Below are positions 35,803 through 45,631 of a stretch of DNA of 64,000 nt, one piece after another (the stretch's first letter is position 1; the number at the start of each line of letters is the position of its first letter). Both the position numbers and the translations under genes were made by a program. Origin of the DNA: a virus (lineage: Duplodnaviria; Caudoviricetes); the IMG/VR virus record IMGVR_UViG_3300047539_000071, positions 2,372 through 66,371 of that record, one strand, 5' to 3'. The notes beneath the pieces were generated by a model. It ran no database searches and was not told the origin of the DNA. It saw only the letters and a program-made list of their open reading frames with translations.

Positions 35803-37427
35803 CGAGCGCCGTAATTGGGGTGGTTAAAGACTGTGGATGGGAATACCTTCGCAATTACGCCGTCTCCCTATCCCGCTGCGGATTTGATGGCGACAAGGTT
35901 CTGTTCGTGGACAACATCACAGATGATGCTTTCACGAAACTGCTTGGCCTCGGCTTCACGTTGGTCAACTACAACGCGCCGAAAGATCTGGACGGCAAGA
36001 AGTTCAACTCCTGGGAAGACGGAATGGCCTGGGGCTTCTTTGGCCGCTGGCGCTTTGCTCCGGTGATCGATTGGCTGAAAATGGACTTAACCCCCGGCGG
36101 CCCCGCGCGCATCGATAACTATCGATACATCGTTTGGTGCGACGTGCGGGATGTGATGTTCCAATTGGATCCGATTGAGTGGATGAACGATCAGAGCCCA
36201 ATCGCTCTCGGGCACCTGTACGGCGCAGCGGAGGGTTGCATTATCAAAGACCAACCGCACAACGCGAACTGGGTGCAGCGGACTGCCCCCGCATTGTGGC
36301 ATTGGATGCAGAATGAAGAAGTCCTCTGCTCGGGCACCTTTGCGGGAGATGCCTCTACCATGCTGAAGGTTTTCGAGCATATGTACGGCCTGCATGAGAG
36401 CGTGAAGGATATGGCAGCGTTCGATCAGGGGTTGTGGAACGTGACGGCGCGCACGCACCCATTCAAAACGACCCTTAACATCCCGAAGATGAAGAAAGGT
36501 TTCTGCGCAACGGGCTGGCCGTCGAAGGCTAAAGATTTCAGTCCCTATACGACCGATACGGAACCGGTATGGAATTGGGAGGACATGATTTGCGAAGCCC
36601 CCGAGACCGGCATTCCCTTCGCAATAGTTCATCAATATGATCGCGAACCTCGGTGGCGCGATAAGATCAACGACATTATGAGCGAAAGCGCCCCGGTCGA
36701 ACGGATGCAGCAAATACCGGCGAACCCGATGATCCTTATCGTGTCCTGCGAAGCCTACAGGCACAACGGAATCCAAGACGCTATCCGCAACACATGGGCG
36801 AAAGGTCTGAAGAATTACAAGTTCCTGCTAGGCCACAATTGCCTTGGGACGCCTATTGCTGAGGATGAATTGGTGGTTCTCGCGGACGATGACTACGCGA
36901 GCATCTGCTGGAAACAGCGAGAGGCTTACAAGGCTCTGCTGGCAGAAGGACCGTACACCGGAGGACCGAACTCGAATCCGTACACGCACGTTTTTACGTG
37001 CTGCACAGACACCTATGTAATTCCTGACCGGCTGTGGCAGTGCGGCTATGAGAAGCATGCATACTGCGGATCGGTAGTTCAGCATGCTGCCTCCGTAATG
37101 GGCAACATCCCGTTCGCGCAAGGCGGGGCGGGCTTCTGGCTCAACAGGCGTGCACTTGCGATCCTGGCCAACGACAAGTCCTGCCGGCTGCTTCCACCGG
37201 ACATCTGGGTGAGTTACGTTTTGTCGAAATTCAACATCCCTTGCGCCCACGCTGCGCAGGCGTTCTGGCACGGCTTTCCTGTGCCCGAGCCATTTGAATC
37301 CGACAAGGTCGTCACGATGCACCTATCGCGAGGGACGGGGAAGTACGATCCAGAGTGGATGCTAGACGTTCACGGCGTATTCACCCGAACCGGGAAGCTA
37401 CCCGTACCGGGCCGACAACCACTATAA
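35799..37427 (+). CDS. Two-domain glycosyltransferase (GT-A plus GT31/Fringe-like)
   Basis: DVRDV.FQ, SGTFAG, DQG, VHQYDR; then IRNTW, DDDY, CTDTYV, GGAGF, PDIW. Confidence 0.8.
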   Translation: MTSAVIGVVKDCGWEYLRNYAVSLSRCGFDGDKVLFVDNITDDAFTKLLGLGFTLVNYNAPKDLDGKKFNSWEDGMAWGFFGRWRFAPVIDWLKMDLTPGGPARIDNYRYIVWCDVRDVMFQLDPIEWMNDQSPIALGHLYGAAEGCIIKDQPHNANWVQRTAPALWHWMQNEEVLCSGTFAGDASTMLKVFEHMYGLHESVKDMAAFDQGLWNVTARTHPFKTTLNIPKMKKGFCATGWPSKAKDFSPYTTDTEPVWNWEDMICEAPETGIPFAIVHQYDREPRWRDKINDIMSESAPVERMQQIPANPMILIVSCEAYRHNGIQDAIRNTWAKGLKNYKFLLGHNCLGTPIAEDELVVLADDDYASICWKQREAYKALLAEGPYTGGPNSNPYTHVFTCCTDTYVIPDRLWQCGYEKHAYCGSVVQHAASVMGNIPFAQGGAGFWLNRRALAILANDKSCRLLPPDIWVSYVLSKFNIPCAHAAQAFWHGFPVPEPFESDKVVTMHLSRGTGKYDPEWMLDVHGVFTRTGKLPVPGRQPL

Positions 37428-37441
37428 CGGAGGGCGTTGTT

Positions 37442-39160
37442 ATGAAGATCTACGATTGCATCATGTTCAATGGCGAGCACGACGTACTCGAGGTTCGCCT
37501 CAACGAGCTCGATCCTCTCGTTGACCACTTCTTCATCTGTGAGAGCCTCGAGCCTCATGGCGCCGCAGGCACTCGAAAGTACCAAAAGTTTGACCAATCG
37601 CTGGTTCAGGATTTCAAAGACAAGATAACTTACATCGCGCTAAACTATCTTGAGCCTGCCTACACGGATGCGAAGAGCGGTTGGGCGAGAGAGAACTTTC
37701 ACCGGAACGCCCTGTTTCAGCATTTGCTGAAACTGACTAATCCAGTGATAGGTCCGGAAGACATAATCCTTAACTGTGACGCAGACGAGATCCCGCGCCC
37801 CCAGGCGGTCGTGGCTGTAGCCGAAACCGCTCCCGATGATCAGGTCGTGTACTTCGACATGCTCATGTACTACTACAACGTCAACAACCAAGTGAACTGC
37901 GCATGGCGGCGGGCGAACATGGGTAAGTTTAAGGTGTATCAAAAGCTCGGCGGCTTCCAGGCGCCTCGCGGCATTTTGGACATGCCGTTGACTTCCGGCA
38001 CTCCTATTGTCGTCGTAAAGAACGGCGGTTGGCACTTCAGCTACTTCAGCGGAGTGGATGGGGTGCTAGATAAAGTCCGAAGTTTCGCACATTCTTCGGA
38101 CGCTGCTTCGAAAAAAATCGCGGAGAAAACAGGCCGCGAGATAGCAGAGATGATATCCTCTCGGGCAGACCCTTTCCACGAAGGCGTAAAGTTCGTTTAT
38201 ACCCCCTGCACCGATCCGCAACTGCCCACCAGCGTGACTCAGAGGCGGCAACACTTCGCCAAGTTGACTGGCGAGTACTTCGACACTGTGAACAATGTTC
38301 TGCCGCCGAAGACGTGCGGGACGACAGATGCTGTGATCGGCGTTATTCGTAATTACGATTGGGGCAACATCAAACCCTACGCACTCTCCCTGGCTCAGTC
38401 TGGTTTCAAAGGCGAGAAGATCATGTTCTGCAAGAACGTCTCGCGAGCATGTCAGACGAGGCTCACTGAAACTGGCTTTACCGTAATACCTTACGTGGAT
38501 AGCCCGGAGACGGATGCCGCGGAAGCGGGGAGCTATATGGTGTTCAACGTTCACCGCTTCAGGCCGGTGATTGAGTTCCTATCCAAGCATGCCGACAAGT
38601 ACCGCAATATTCTGTGGTGCGACGTTCGCGATGTGGTATTTCAAAGCAACCCTGGTCACTTCATGAAGAGTAAATTGACCGGCCCTATCCGCATCCTCGC
38701 AGCCAGCGAGGGGTTCAGGATATCGGAAAACATGGAATATAACGACCGCTGGCTGGCCGCAGCGGCTCCTGAAGCCTACAAAGAACTACGGAACAACGAG
38801 GTCTGCTGCGACGGCACAATAGCTGCTGACGCCTCTATGATGCTGCGACTCTTCGAACGCATCTATGAGCGCGCGATTGTGGCAGGCAACGATCAGGGCG
38901 TATTCAATTACCTGATCCGAAAACCGTACGCGCACGTCACGCGCATCCCCTCGCAGACGGAAGGCTTCATCTCCACTTGGTTCCCGGAGAAGACTGCGGA
39001 GCGTGCTCCGAATCTACCGGACAGCTACGGCGGAATACCAGTATTCGATGAGACGTCTGGGGTTGTATATACCCCAGATGGGCGCACAAAGTTCGCAGTC
39101 GTTCATCAGTTTGACCGATCACCGCGATGGAGTAAGATCTTCCAAGAGAAGTTTGCATGA
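37442..39160 (+). CDS. Two-domain glycosyltransferase (GT17-like plus GT-A)
   Basis: YDCIMFNGE.DVLE.RL, DADEIP, GGWHFSY; C-terminal domain paralogous to the 35799 N-terminal domain. Confidence 0.85.
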   Translation: MKIYDCIMFNGEHDVLEVRLNELDPLVDHFFICESLEPHGAAGTRKYQKFDQSLVQDFKDKITYIALNYLEPAYTDAKSGWARENFHRNALFQHLLKLTNPVIGPEDIILNCDADEIPRPQAVVAVAETAPDDQVVYFDMLMYYYNVNNQVNCAWRRANMGKFKVYQKLGGFQAPRGILDMPLTSGTPIVVVKNGGWHFSYFSGVDGVLDKVRSFAHSSDAASKKIAEKTGREIAEMISSRADPFHEGVKFVYTPCTDPQLPTSVTQRRQHFAKLTGEYFDTVNNVLPPKTCGTTDAVIGVIRNYDWGNIKPYALSLAQSGFKGEKIMFCKNVSRACQTRLTETGFTVIPYVDSPETDAAEAGSYMVFNVHRFRPVIEFLSKHADKYRNILWCDVRDVVFQSNPGHFMKSKLTGPIRILAASEGFRISENMEYNDRWLAAAAPEAYKELRNNEVCCDGTIAADASMMLRLFERIYERAIVAGNDQGVFNYLIRKPYAHVTRIPSQTEGFISTWFPEKTAERAPNLPDSYGGIPVFDETSGVVYTPDGRTKFAVVHQFDRSPRWSKIFQEKFA

Positions 39161-40260
39161 GAGAAGACTTTCTAATTGTGGGCGCGGGGATCACGGGGCT
39201 GACGATAGCAGAGCGGTTGACGAGCATCGGCAAAACAGTAACTATAGTGGATAAGGAGCTCTATATCGGCGGCAACTGCGCCGATCGCTTCAACGAGCAC
39301 GGCATCCTAATTCATCCGTTCGGCCCACATCTGTTTCATACCAATTCGAAGAAAGTATTTCGCTACCTCTCACAGTTCACGGATTGGATCCCCGGCGACT
39401 ACCGCGTGAAAAGTTTCAACGGTGGAAAGCATTGGAGCTTCCCTATCAACCTTGAAACTTTCGAAATGCAATACGGCAAGCTGACGACGCCGGAAGTCAT
39501 GGCGGGTTGGTTGAAGGCGCAAACTCCAAACTACGGCACCCCGAATAATTTCGTAGAGGCTGTAGTTGGGAAGATCGGCTGGGGCTGGTACAAACAATTC
39601 TACGAGGGATATACGACTAAAATGTGGGGCTGTCACCCTGAGGATTTAGATGCTTCTGTTGGGCGCCGGATACCTGTCCGCACCAACCGCGACGACCGAT
39701 ACTTCGACGATGAGTACCAGTTCATGCCGAAGCAAGGCTACTCCACCATGTTCGAAAACATGCTCGGGTACAAAGACAATCTTAAAGTGCTTCTCGGTAT
39801 GGACCGGGAAGAGTGGCGCCAGATGATGAAACTCGCAAAACATACAATTTTCACCGGGGCAATCGATGAGTACTTCAACTACGCGTGGGGAGCGCTCCCC
39901 TACCGAACCTTGCGATTCGAGCATGAGACTTTCCCGACTGACCTTGTGCAGCCTACAGGCATTGTCACTTATCCCGAATTCTCCACTTCACGCACTCGTT
40001 CGGTCGAAATCAAACACTTCACGAAGCAAGCGCACCCAAGTACGACGGTTGTTACGGAATACCCTGAAGAGTGGGCTCATGGCCGGGAGCGCCTTTACCC
40101 CGTCCCCACACCCACTGCCCGGGAGCGACACGGCAAGTACGCACGCATGGCGCGGGACCATAAGAACGTCACGTTCCTCGGAAGGCTCGGGACGTATCGC
40201 TACCTAAACATGGATCAGGCCGTTGGTGCGGCCTTGATGACTTTCGACAGGATGTTCTGA
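39157..40260 (+). CDS. glf: UDP-galactopyranose mutase
   Basis: GAGITG, IGGN, H.FGPHLFHT, EGYT.K.WG, YFDD.YQ, GRLGTYRY.NMDQ. Confidence 0.95.
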   Translation: MREDFLIVGAGITGLTIAERLTSIGKTVTIVDKELYIGGNCADRFNEHGILIHPFGPHLFHTNSKKVFRYLSQFTDWIPGDYRVKSFNGGKHWSFPINLETFEMQYGKLTTPEVMAGWLKAQTPNYGTPNNFVEAVVGKIGWGWYKQFYEGYTTKMWGCHPEDLDASVGRRIPVRTNRDDRYFDDEYQFMPKQGYSTMFENMLGYKDNLKVLLGMDREEWRQMMKLAKHTIFTGAIDEYFNYAWGALPYRTLRFEHETFPTDLVQPTGIVTYPEFSTSRTRSVEIKHFTKQAHPSTTVVTEYPEEWAHGRERLYPVPTPTARERHGKYARMARDHKNVTFLGRLGTYRYLNMDQAVGAALMTFDRMF

Positions 40261-40457
40261 AGAGTAGTTGGTTTCCCGAGAGCATCACAAACCGCAGCGT
40301 CCGCGTGAAACGCAATCAAACCGCACGCCAAGATCTTCGATAAAGTCGTTTTGTGGTTCCGCAGCTCGTAGACACCTACCGCGGCGATCAGCAAATGCCA
40401 AGCGGATTTGTATGCGCGCTCAATGTGATCGCTGCGGTAAGTGTGGCGCTGCCTCAT
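40215..40457 (-). CDS. Small antisense-oriented hydrophobic protein
   Basis: TATGCT box 6 nt upstream of ATG; two hydrophobic stretches. Confidence 0.45.
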   Translation of the reverse strand: MRQRHTYRSDHIERAYKSAWHLLIAAVGVYELRNHKTTLSKILACGLIAFHADAAVCDALGKPTTLQNILSKVIKAAPTA

Positions 40458-40541
40458 TCCTCAAGCATACCCTAACCTCTGATAAGATTGCTATAGTATC
40501 CACCTACGGTAAAGGTGGGGGCAACTATCGAGGCGAACACC

Positions 40542-41114
40542 ATGATTAATTTAAGAAATGAAGGCGACTTCCCGATCGTAATGAAGCTCAAGGGATCGTT
40601 GACCACGACTGGCGTTGGGAGCTATGATTTCTCGGCTCCGATTCCGTTCAACAGCATTCTGAAAGCAGTTTGGGCTTACGAAGGCGCGGGCGGATACTCT
40701 GCCCACGGCGGCGTGCCGGATGCAGTCGATCTTCAATACGGTGCGCCCGGTGTCGCGCCGACAACTCTTTTGACAGCGGGAAACTGGATGTTCAACTTCC
40801 CGAATTCGAGTTTGGCAACGAACGTTGCGACAGCTCTCGCGCTCGACACGATCATCCCTGTAGCATTACCCGGGGCGGCTGCCGCGACGGTGAGTGTTAC
40901 GGTCGGAGGCTACGGAGTGGCGAACATCACCTCTACCGTTGGTAACCCTCCGGTGTTTGTGCGCGGTGGAATTTTGAAGATCGTGGTCGAAGCAATCTCG
41001 ACGACTGCCGGCAGCGATCTGACAGTAGTTTGCGAAGTGGCGCGATCTCGACAGGGCTGCAATTGGGAGCCAGTTGAGACGGGGACTTACGGAACCGACA
41101 GCGACATTTTCTAA
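40542..41114 (+). CDS. Probable virion structural (capsid decoration-like) protein
   Basis: Beta-rich, Gly/Thr/Ala-rich; upstream of scaffold. Confidence 0.5.
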   Translation: MINLRNEGDFPIVMKLKGSLTTTGVGSYDFSAPIPFNSILKAVWAYEGAGGYSAHGGVPDAVDLQYGAPGVAPTTLLTAGNWMFNFPNSSLATNVATALALDTIIPVALPGAAAATVSVTVGGYGVANITSTVGNPPVFVRGGILKIVVEAISTTAGSDLTVVCEVARSRQGCNWEPVETGTYGTDSDIF

Positions 41115-41182
41115 GTTTGCGGGGGCGCCCGCTATGACTGTAAATCGATCGGCAACTCCGATCTAAACAGGATGGTTACGTG

Positions 41183-42109
41183 ATGGCAGAAGAACTCGAT
41201 GATCTGGCAACTCCAGAACTTGAGGTCGATGAGCAAGTAGTGGATCAGGATGATTCTGATGCACCAGTGGTAGACGAGCCGTTCTTACCAGTGAACGATC
41301 GGACCACGTATAGGACGAGGGAAGACGCCATAGCAGGCTTCAATTCCGCGGCCCAACGGATCCAGGAACTGTCACAGTGGGAGAAGCAGGCCAAACAGTG
41401 GAACCTAACGGACCCGCGGCAGCTTGACGCAGTAGCCAACGAACTCCTCGCACTGAGGAAAGAGAAGGCAGAAGCGGCAGCTCAAGCAGGTAAGCGCAAT
41501 ACGGCTACCGTTTCGGACCCAACGGACCCGAAAGCCAAAGAAGAGGCTCAGGTTCGCGAGTACATGAAGAACCTCGGATATATCTCGAAAGAGGATCAAG
41601 AAGAGGCTCTGAAGGAACTTCGCGAAGCTGTAGCTGAAATGAGGAATCAGGGCTCGCAGTCGAGGGAGCTGGGCTTCCAAGCACAGGAAGCGGATGCCCG
41701 AGACGCAGTGGAAAAGTATATCGCTGCAGACGGATTTAAGGATCCGGCAGGGACGAAGTCCAACGTGATCGGAACACTGATCAAGGACTGGATCAACAGC
41801 AGCGATGACCGGATTGATGAGTGGTCTAAGGGCGGCAGAGCCGCAACGGCCCTCGTAAAGCAAGGTTACGATCTTGCGCTCAGTCATCTGGAATGGAAGC
41901 CGGTTGTCGGCACAGTCCAGAAACCCGCTGATCAGAATTATTCCTTAGACAAGGCGAAAGCTATGGCTAGGAACAAGAAAGGTTTACCGGCGCAGGGACA
42001 AGGGAAAGACCGGGACAAGGACGGTAAGTTCACGACTCCGAAGCAGAAGGGGCACATTAATGCCGAACTGCACGAGCGAGCGTGGAAGCACCTCCAAGAA
42101 ACGGATTAG
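41183..42109 (+). CDS. Capsid scaffolding protein
   Basis: Acidic N-terminus, coiled coil, basic C-terminus; directly upstream of MCP. Confidence 0.7.
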   Translation: MAEELDDLATPELEVDEQVVDQDDSDAPVVDEPFLPVNDRTTYRTREDAIAGFNSAAQRIQELSQWEKQAKQWNLTDPRQLDAVANELLALRKEKAEAAAQAGKRNTATVSDPTDPKAKEEAQVREYMKNLGYISKEDQEEALKELREAVAEMRNQGSQSRELGFQAQEADARDAVEKYIAADGFKDPAGTKSNVIGTLIKDWINSSDDRIDEWSKGGRAATALVKQGYDLALSHLEWKPVVGTVQKPADQNYSLDKAKAMARNKKGLPAQGQGKDRDKDGKFTTPKQKGHINAELHERAWKHLQETD

Positions 42110-42146
42110 TCTCTAACTCCCAGCCGCATCGATCAACAGGAGCGTT

Positions 42147-43472
42147 ATGGCAGGAGCAACAGTTTCATCGTTTTCGTCCGCACTCAAGAACGTGTACCTT
42201 CCTGGTATTCGCGAAGAGCTCAACGAGAAGACCAATCTTCTCGACCTCTTCACGGAAGGCGACTTAACCCAATACGAATGGCAAGGTAACCAGCTTGTCT
42301 TCGCTCTTCACTCTTCGCGTAACTACAGCGGCGTCATGTACGTTGCTGAAGGCGGCGCGTTGCCAGTGGCCGGATCTCAGGGAGTTGTAAACCTGAACAT
42401 CCCCATCGCTCACCTTAAGGGACGTATTCAGTTGTCCTACGAAGTGATGCGAGCCTCGCGTTCGGACAAGGGTTCGTTTGTCCGCGCGATGGATCTGGAA
42501 CAGAAGGGTCTCGTGAACGACGTAGCCCGTCAGCGCAACCGTGCGCTCGCCGGCTTCGGTTCGGAAATTCTGGCAGTATCCACCTTGAGCACCTCCGGAG
42601 TCAGCTTCACCGTTGACAACCCGGGCGGGGTTCTGGGAACCACCAACCCCGTCCGCTTCATTAAGGTCGGGATGATCATCGTTAGCCAAGCAGTTGTGGG
42701 CGGCGCTGTTCACGGTGTGGGAACTGTCACGGCTGTGTCCGGTTCGCTCGTTACTGTCGCTGCTGCGATGGGATCGACGTCCGGCGATGTGATCACGCTA
42801 GGAACCACCTCCGTCTCCGCGACGGGCGCCGGCTCCTACGGTCTGAACCCCGGTCCTGATGGGACTGTCGGCGCAGACACCAGCGATATCGCTTCACAGG
42901 GTATTCTGGGCCTGATCGACAACGGAACCTACATTGCGACGATCTTCGGTTTGGGTCGGACTGCCAATGCGTTCTACAACAGCACCGTCATGACGAACGT
43001 CGGAACCATTAACACCGACATTCTTCAGCGCGGCGTGGACAACACTGAGGAAGTAAGCGGCGAGATGATCGACAAGTTCATCTGCCACAGCTCAGTGCGG
43101 CGCGAGATTTCGAAGTTGACGGAAGCCGATCGGCGCTATGCGTCCGATGCAGCTCCGAAGAACTACGACGCCGGTACCCTGGCTGGTGCGAACAAGAAGG
43201 ATCTGACCTACAACGGTTGGTCTTTCCGTACCGACAAGGACTTCGCGTACGGTTGCTTGGCCGGTGTGAACACTTCACACTTGCAGTGGCTGCCAGAAAC
43301 GAAGGGTGAGTGGGCTGAGGATGATGGAACGATTCTTCTGCGCGTTGCCAATGTGGACGCATACGAAGCTCGTTTTCGTGTCAGCGAAAACTTTGCGACT
43401 GACAAAGCGAACGCTCACGTGATGTTTTCCGGCGTCACGGTCAATATTACGTCGGGAGTCTATGCAGATTGA
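42147..43472 (+). CDS. Major capsid protein
   Basis: 441 aa after scaffold; AGGAG RBS; followed by a strong terminator. Confidence 0.88.
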   Translation: MAGATVSSFSSALKNVYLPGIREELNEKTNLLDLFTEGDLTQYEWQGNQLVFALHSSRNYSGVMYVAEGGALPVAGSQGVVNLNIPIAHLKGRIQLSYEVMRASRSDKGSFVRAMDLEQKGLVNDVARQRNRALAGFGSEILAVSTLSTSGVSFTVDNPGGVLGTTNPVRFIKVGMIIVSQAVVGGAVHGVGTVTAVSGSLVTVAAAMGSTSGDVITLGTTSVSATGAGSYGLNPGPDGTVGADTSDIASQGILGLIDNGTYIATIFGLGRTANAFYNSTVMTNVGTINTDILQRGVDNTEEVSGEMIDKFICHSSVRREISKLTEADRRYASDAAPKNYDAGTLAGANKKDLTYNGWSFRTDKDFAYGCLAGVNTSHLQWLPETKGEWAEDDGTILLRVANVDAYEARFRVSENFATDKANAHVMFSGVTVNITSGVYAD

Positions 43473-43497
43473 GCATATTGCTTGAAGTTAACAACTT

Positions 43498-43527
43498 AGG
43501 CCCCTCTTTTGAGGGGCCTTTTCTTTT
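43498..43527 (+). terminator. Intrinsic terminator after MCP
   Basis: AGGCCCCTC-TTTT-GAGGGGCCT followed by a T-rich tail. Confidence 0.85.
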
Positions 43528-43543
43528 GTGTTATATTTAAGGC

Positions 43544-44026
43544 ATGCCAAAAACAATAGAAGAAATCCGTGCAGCTTCTAACGAACGCCAAAAACTTTAC
43601 CGCGCTCACCATCCACAGCGCGCAAAAGATTCGGTGAGAAAATGGAAAGAGAAGAATCCGACATACTTTATAGAGTGGAGAGAAAAGAACCCTGCCACTG
43701 TTCTGATAGGGTTCGCGAAAGCGCGTGCCAAGAAAGGTCGCCTTCCGTTCGATCTGTACGAACACACGGAAGAGATACAGCGCCGCCTCGGTGCCGGAGT
43801 TTGTGAAATGAGCGGCCTTCCTTTCGAGAAAGGGATAACAGTGCCCGGGCCTCTTAGCGCCAGCATCGATCGCATCGAACCAAAATTGGGGTACGTCTAC
43901 TCAAACATTCGCATAATCTGCCTTGCTCTTAATCGCGCTTTCGGCGATTGGGGAGAAGAGGAGCTGTTCCGAATCGTAGATGCCGTGCGTGCTAGAATCA
44001 GTCAAGCGCCAATATCGAACGCATAA
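43544..44026 (+). CDS. His-Me finger-like endonuclease (free-standing, homing type)
   Basis: AKARAKK, CEMSG, SIDRI..LGY..SNIRIIC..LN. Confidence 0.7.
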   Translation: MPKTIEEIRAASNERQKLYRAHHPQRAKDSVRKWKEKNPTYFIEWREKNPATVLIGFAKARAKKGRLPFDLYEHTEEIQRRLGAGVCEMSGLPFEKGITVPGPLSASIDRIEPKLGYVYSNIRIICLALNRAFGDWGEEELFRIVDAVRARISQAPISNA

Positions 44027-44100
44027 CTGGCTTCTTCCGTTGCGCTGCGGAACGCCGATAACACTTCAAACCGCGGGGGTTGCCCCCGAAGAGGAGCGTC

Positions 44101-44616
44101 ATGGAAGCACTACAAGCGCGAGTCCGCATCATCCTACCCGAGAACGAAACCTACAATCAGGAAACCGGCGAAGCAATCACCGGCGCAGCCGTTCTCAAGC
44201 AAATGAAAATCAACAACGTTTGGCGCAATGACGCCAAAGGCCGGTATGCCGCGACCATGTACGATGGTCAGACGTTCAAATTCCGAGAGGGCGAAATCAC
44301 CATCGTGCCCGTCACCGTAGCCCGCCACCTTCGCCGCATGTCGGCCATCGTAGTCGGCCCAGACAAACTCAATGGCCCGCTCATGCCATACCTCGAGATC
44401 GTCGATACCTACGACATGACGCAGCCCCAGAAGGTAACGGTTGAAGTCCCTGCAAAGACCACACCGACAACGTGCATGATCTGCGGTAAGGATCAGCTAA
44501 CGTTCCCGGCCCTAATGCGCCACCAGATGTCAGAGCACGCCGACCAGTTCGAAGAGAAGAAGGCTTCGAAGAAGTCCGCGGCAACGCAATGGGACGCGCC
44601 AGAGTCCGAGGAGTAA
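44101..44616 (+). CDS. Protein with C-terminal C2H2 zinc finger
   Basis: CMICGK......LMRHQMSEH; GAGGAG RBS. Confidence 0.7.
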   Translation: MEALQARVRIILPENETYNQETGEAITGAAVLKQMKINNVWRNDAKGRYAATMYDGQTFKFREGEITIVPVTVARHLRRMSAIVVGPDKLNGPLMPYLEIVDTYDMTQPQKVTVEVPAKTTPTTCMICGKDQLTFPALMRHQMSEHADQFEEKKASKKSAATQWDAPESEE

Positions 44617-44829
44617 ATGGAGCACGTTCTCGTAAAGAAGTCCTCGCATATCATGTCGGTCGGGTACGATCCCGACCGGCGTGAGATGCAGATTGCTTTC
44701 CACAACGGAAAGACGTATTCTTACCCCAGCGTCCCCGAGCACGTCCATAAAACGATGATGGTGACGGGATCGAAGGGTGAGTACTTTCACCGGCACATCA
44801 ATTCGAAATTCAAAGGGGTGGAACTGTGA
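44617..44829 (+). CDS. KTSC-domain protein
   Basis: SSHIMSVGYD..F.NG.TY.Y..VP..SKGEYF. Confidence 0.9.
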   Translation: MEHVLVKKSSHIMSVGYDPDRREMQIAFHNGKTYSYPSVPEHVHKTMMVTGSKGEYFHRHINSKFKGVEL

Positions 44830-45014
44830 GCACTACGCAATTATCCGTAGCAGCAATCGAGGCCCTCGAAGCACTCGAGCGGGTTCAAGAGTTATACGGC
44901 ACTGGCACCGCCGCGGACCACCGCGCCCGGTTAGACCACGCACACGACCTTATGGAGAAAGCCGGGTTCGTACGCCTCGAGTTCCCACCGGAGGCTGTCA
45001 ATGAAGCCGCCTAG
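44826..45014 (+). CDS. Hypothetical protein
   Basis: Overlap-coupled. Confidence 0.45.
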   Translation: MSTTQLSVAAIEALEALERVQELYGTGTAADHRARLDHAHDLMEKAGFVRLEFPPEAVNEAA

Positions 45015-45585
45015 TTGGTTCACGCAGCTGCTAGCGCAAATGGACCCGCTATTATCCGTCCGCAGATCGATAGTCACCAACCATTGGGTTATCGAGCGGA
45101 AGGGCGTCATCGTGGGATCCGAAATCGAGACCCTAAAGCGCCGCAGGGACAGGTTCTATAAGTGGATTACATATCCCGCCACACCAGAACAGCGCGAACA
45201 GATTCACAAGAATCGGAAAGAGTGGCAGTCGTTGTCTGACGAGGTTGCTTCCGCGGAACAGCAGAAGCGCGTTATTTGCCGGCCCCGCACGATCAACCGG
45301 CAAGTTTACGACGATCTGTGCCAAGCGGATATCCAGCGGTACGGCGGCTTCGCACGCTTCTGTACTGAGACCGAGCAGCACGAGGAGCGGCTCGAAGCAG
45401 ACCAGGAGCGAGTTCTGTCGAACAGGCGCAAGGCGTTTAATGCCGAAGTGTTCGATATGCTCTCGTTCTTGCGCCGTAAACGGCTTACGGCCCTTGACCA
45501 CAATAAAGACGATATGAAGTTCCTTCTTCATGGCACCCACACGGCTGAAGGGGAAGGTCCGGTGATTAAGTTAACTGACTTCTAA
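45001..45585 (+). CDS. Hypothetical protein
   Basis: GGAGG RBS, 194 aa. Confidence 0.65.
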   Translation: MKPPSWFTQLLAQMDPLLSVRRSIVTNHWVIERKGVIVGSEIETLKRRRDRFYKWITYPATPEQREQIHKNRKEWQSLSDEVASAEQQKRVICRPRTINRQVYDDLCQADIQRYGGFARFCTETEQHEERLEADQERVLSNRRKAFNAEVFDMLSFLRRKRLTALDHNKDDMKFLLHGTHTAEGEGPVIKLTDF

Positions 45586-45631
45586 ATGAGGACTCACAGG
45601 GCTGTACAATATATTAGGGACTGGAGTCAAC

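Noticed and set aside
34361-40260. DNA glycosylation as in T-even phages
   Set aside because: No hydroxymethylase in the window and the genes sit in the head module; kept only as a minor alternative
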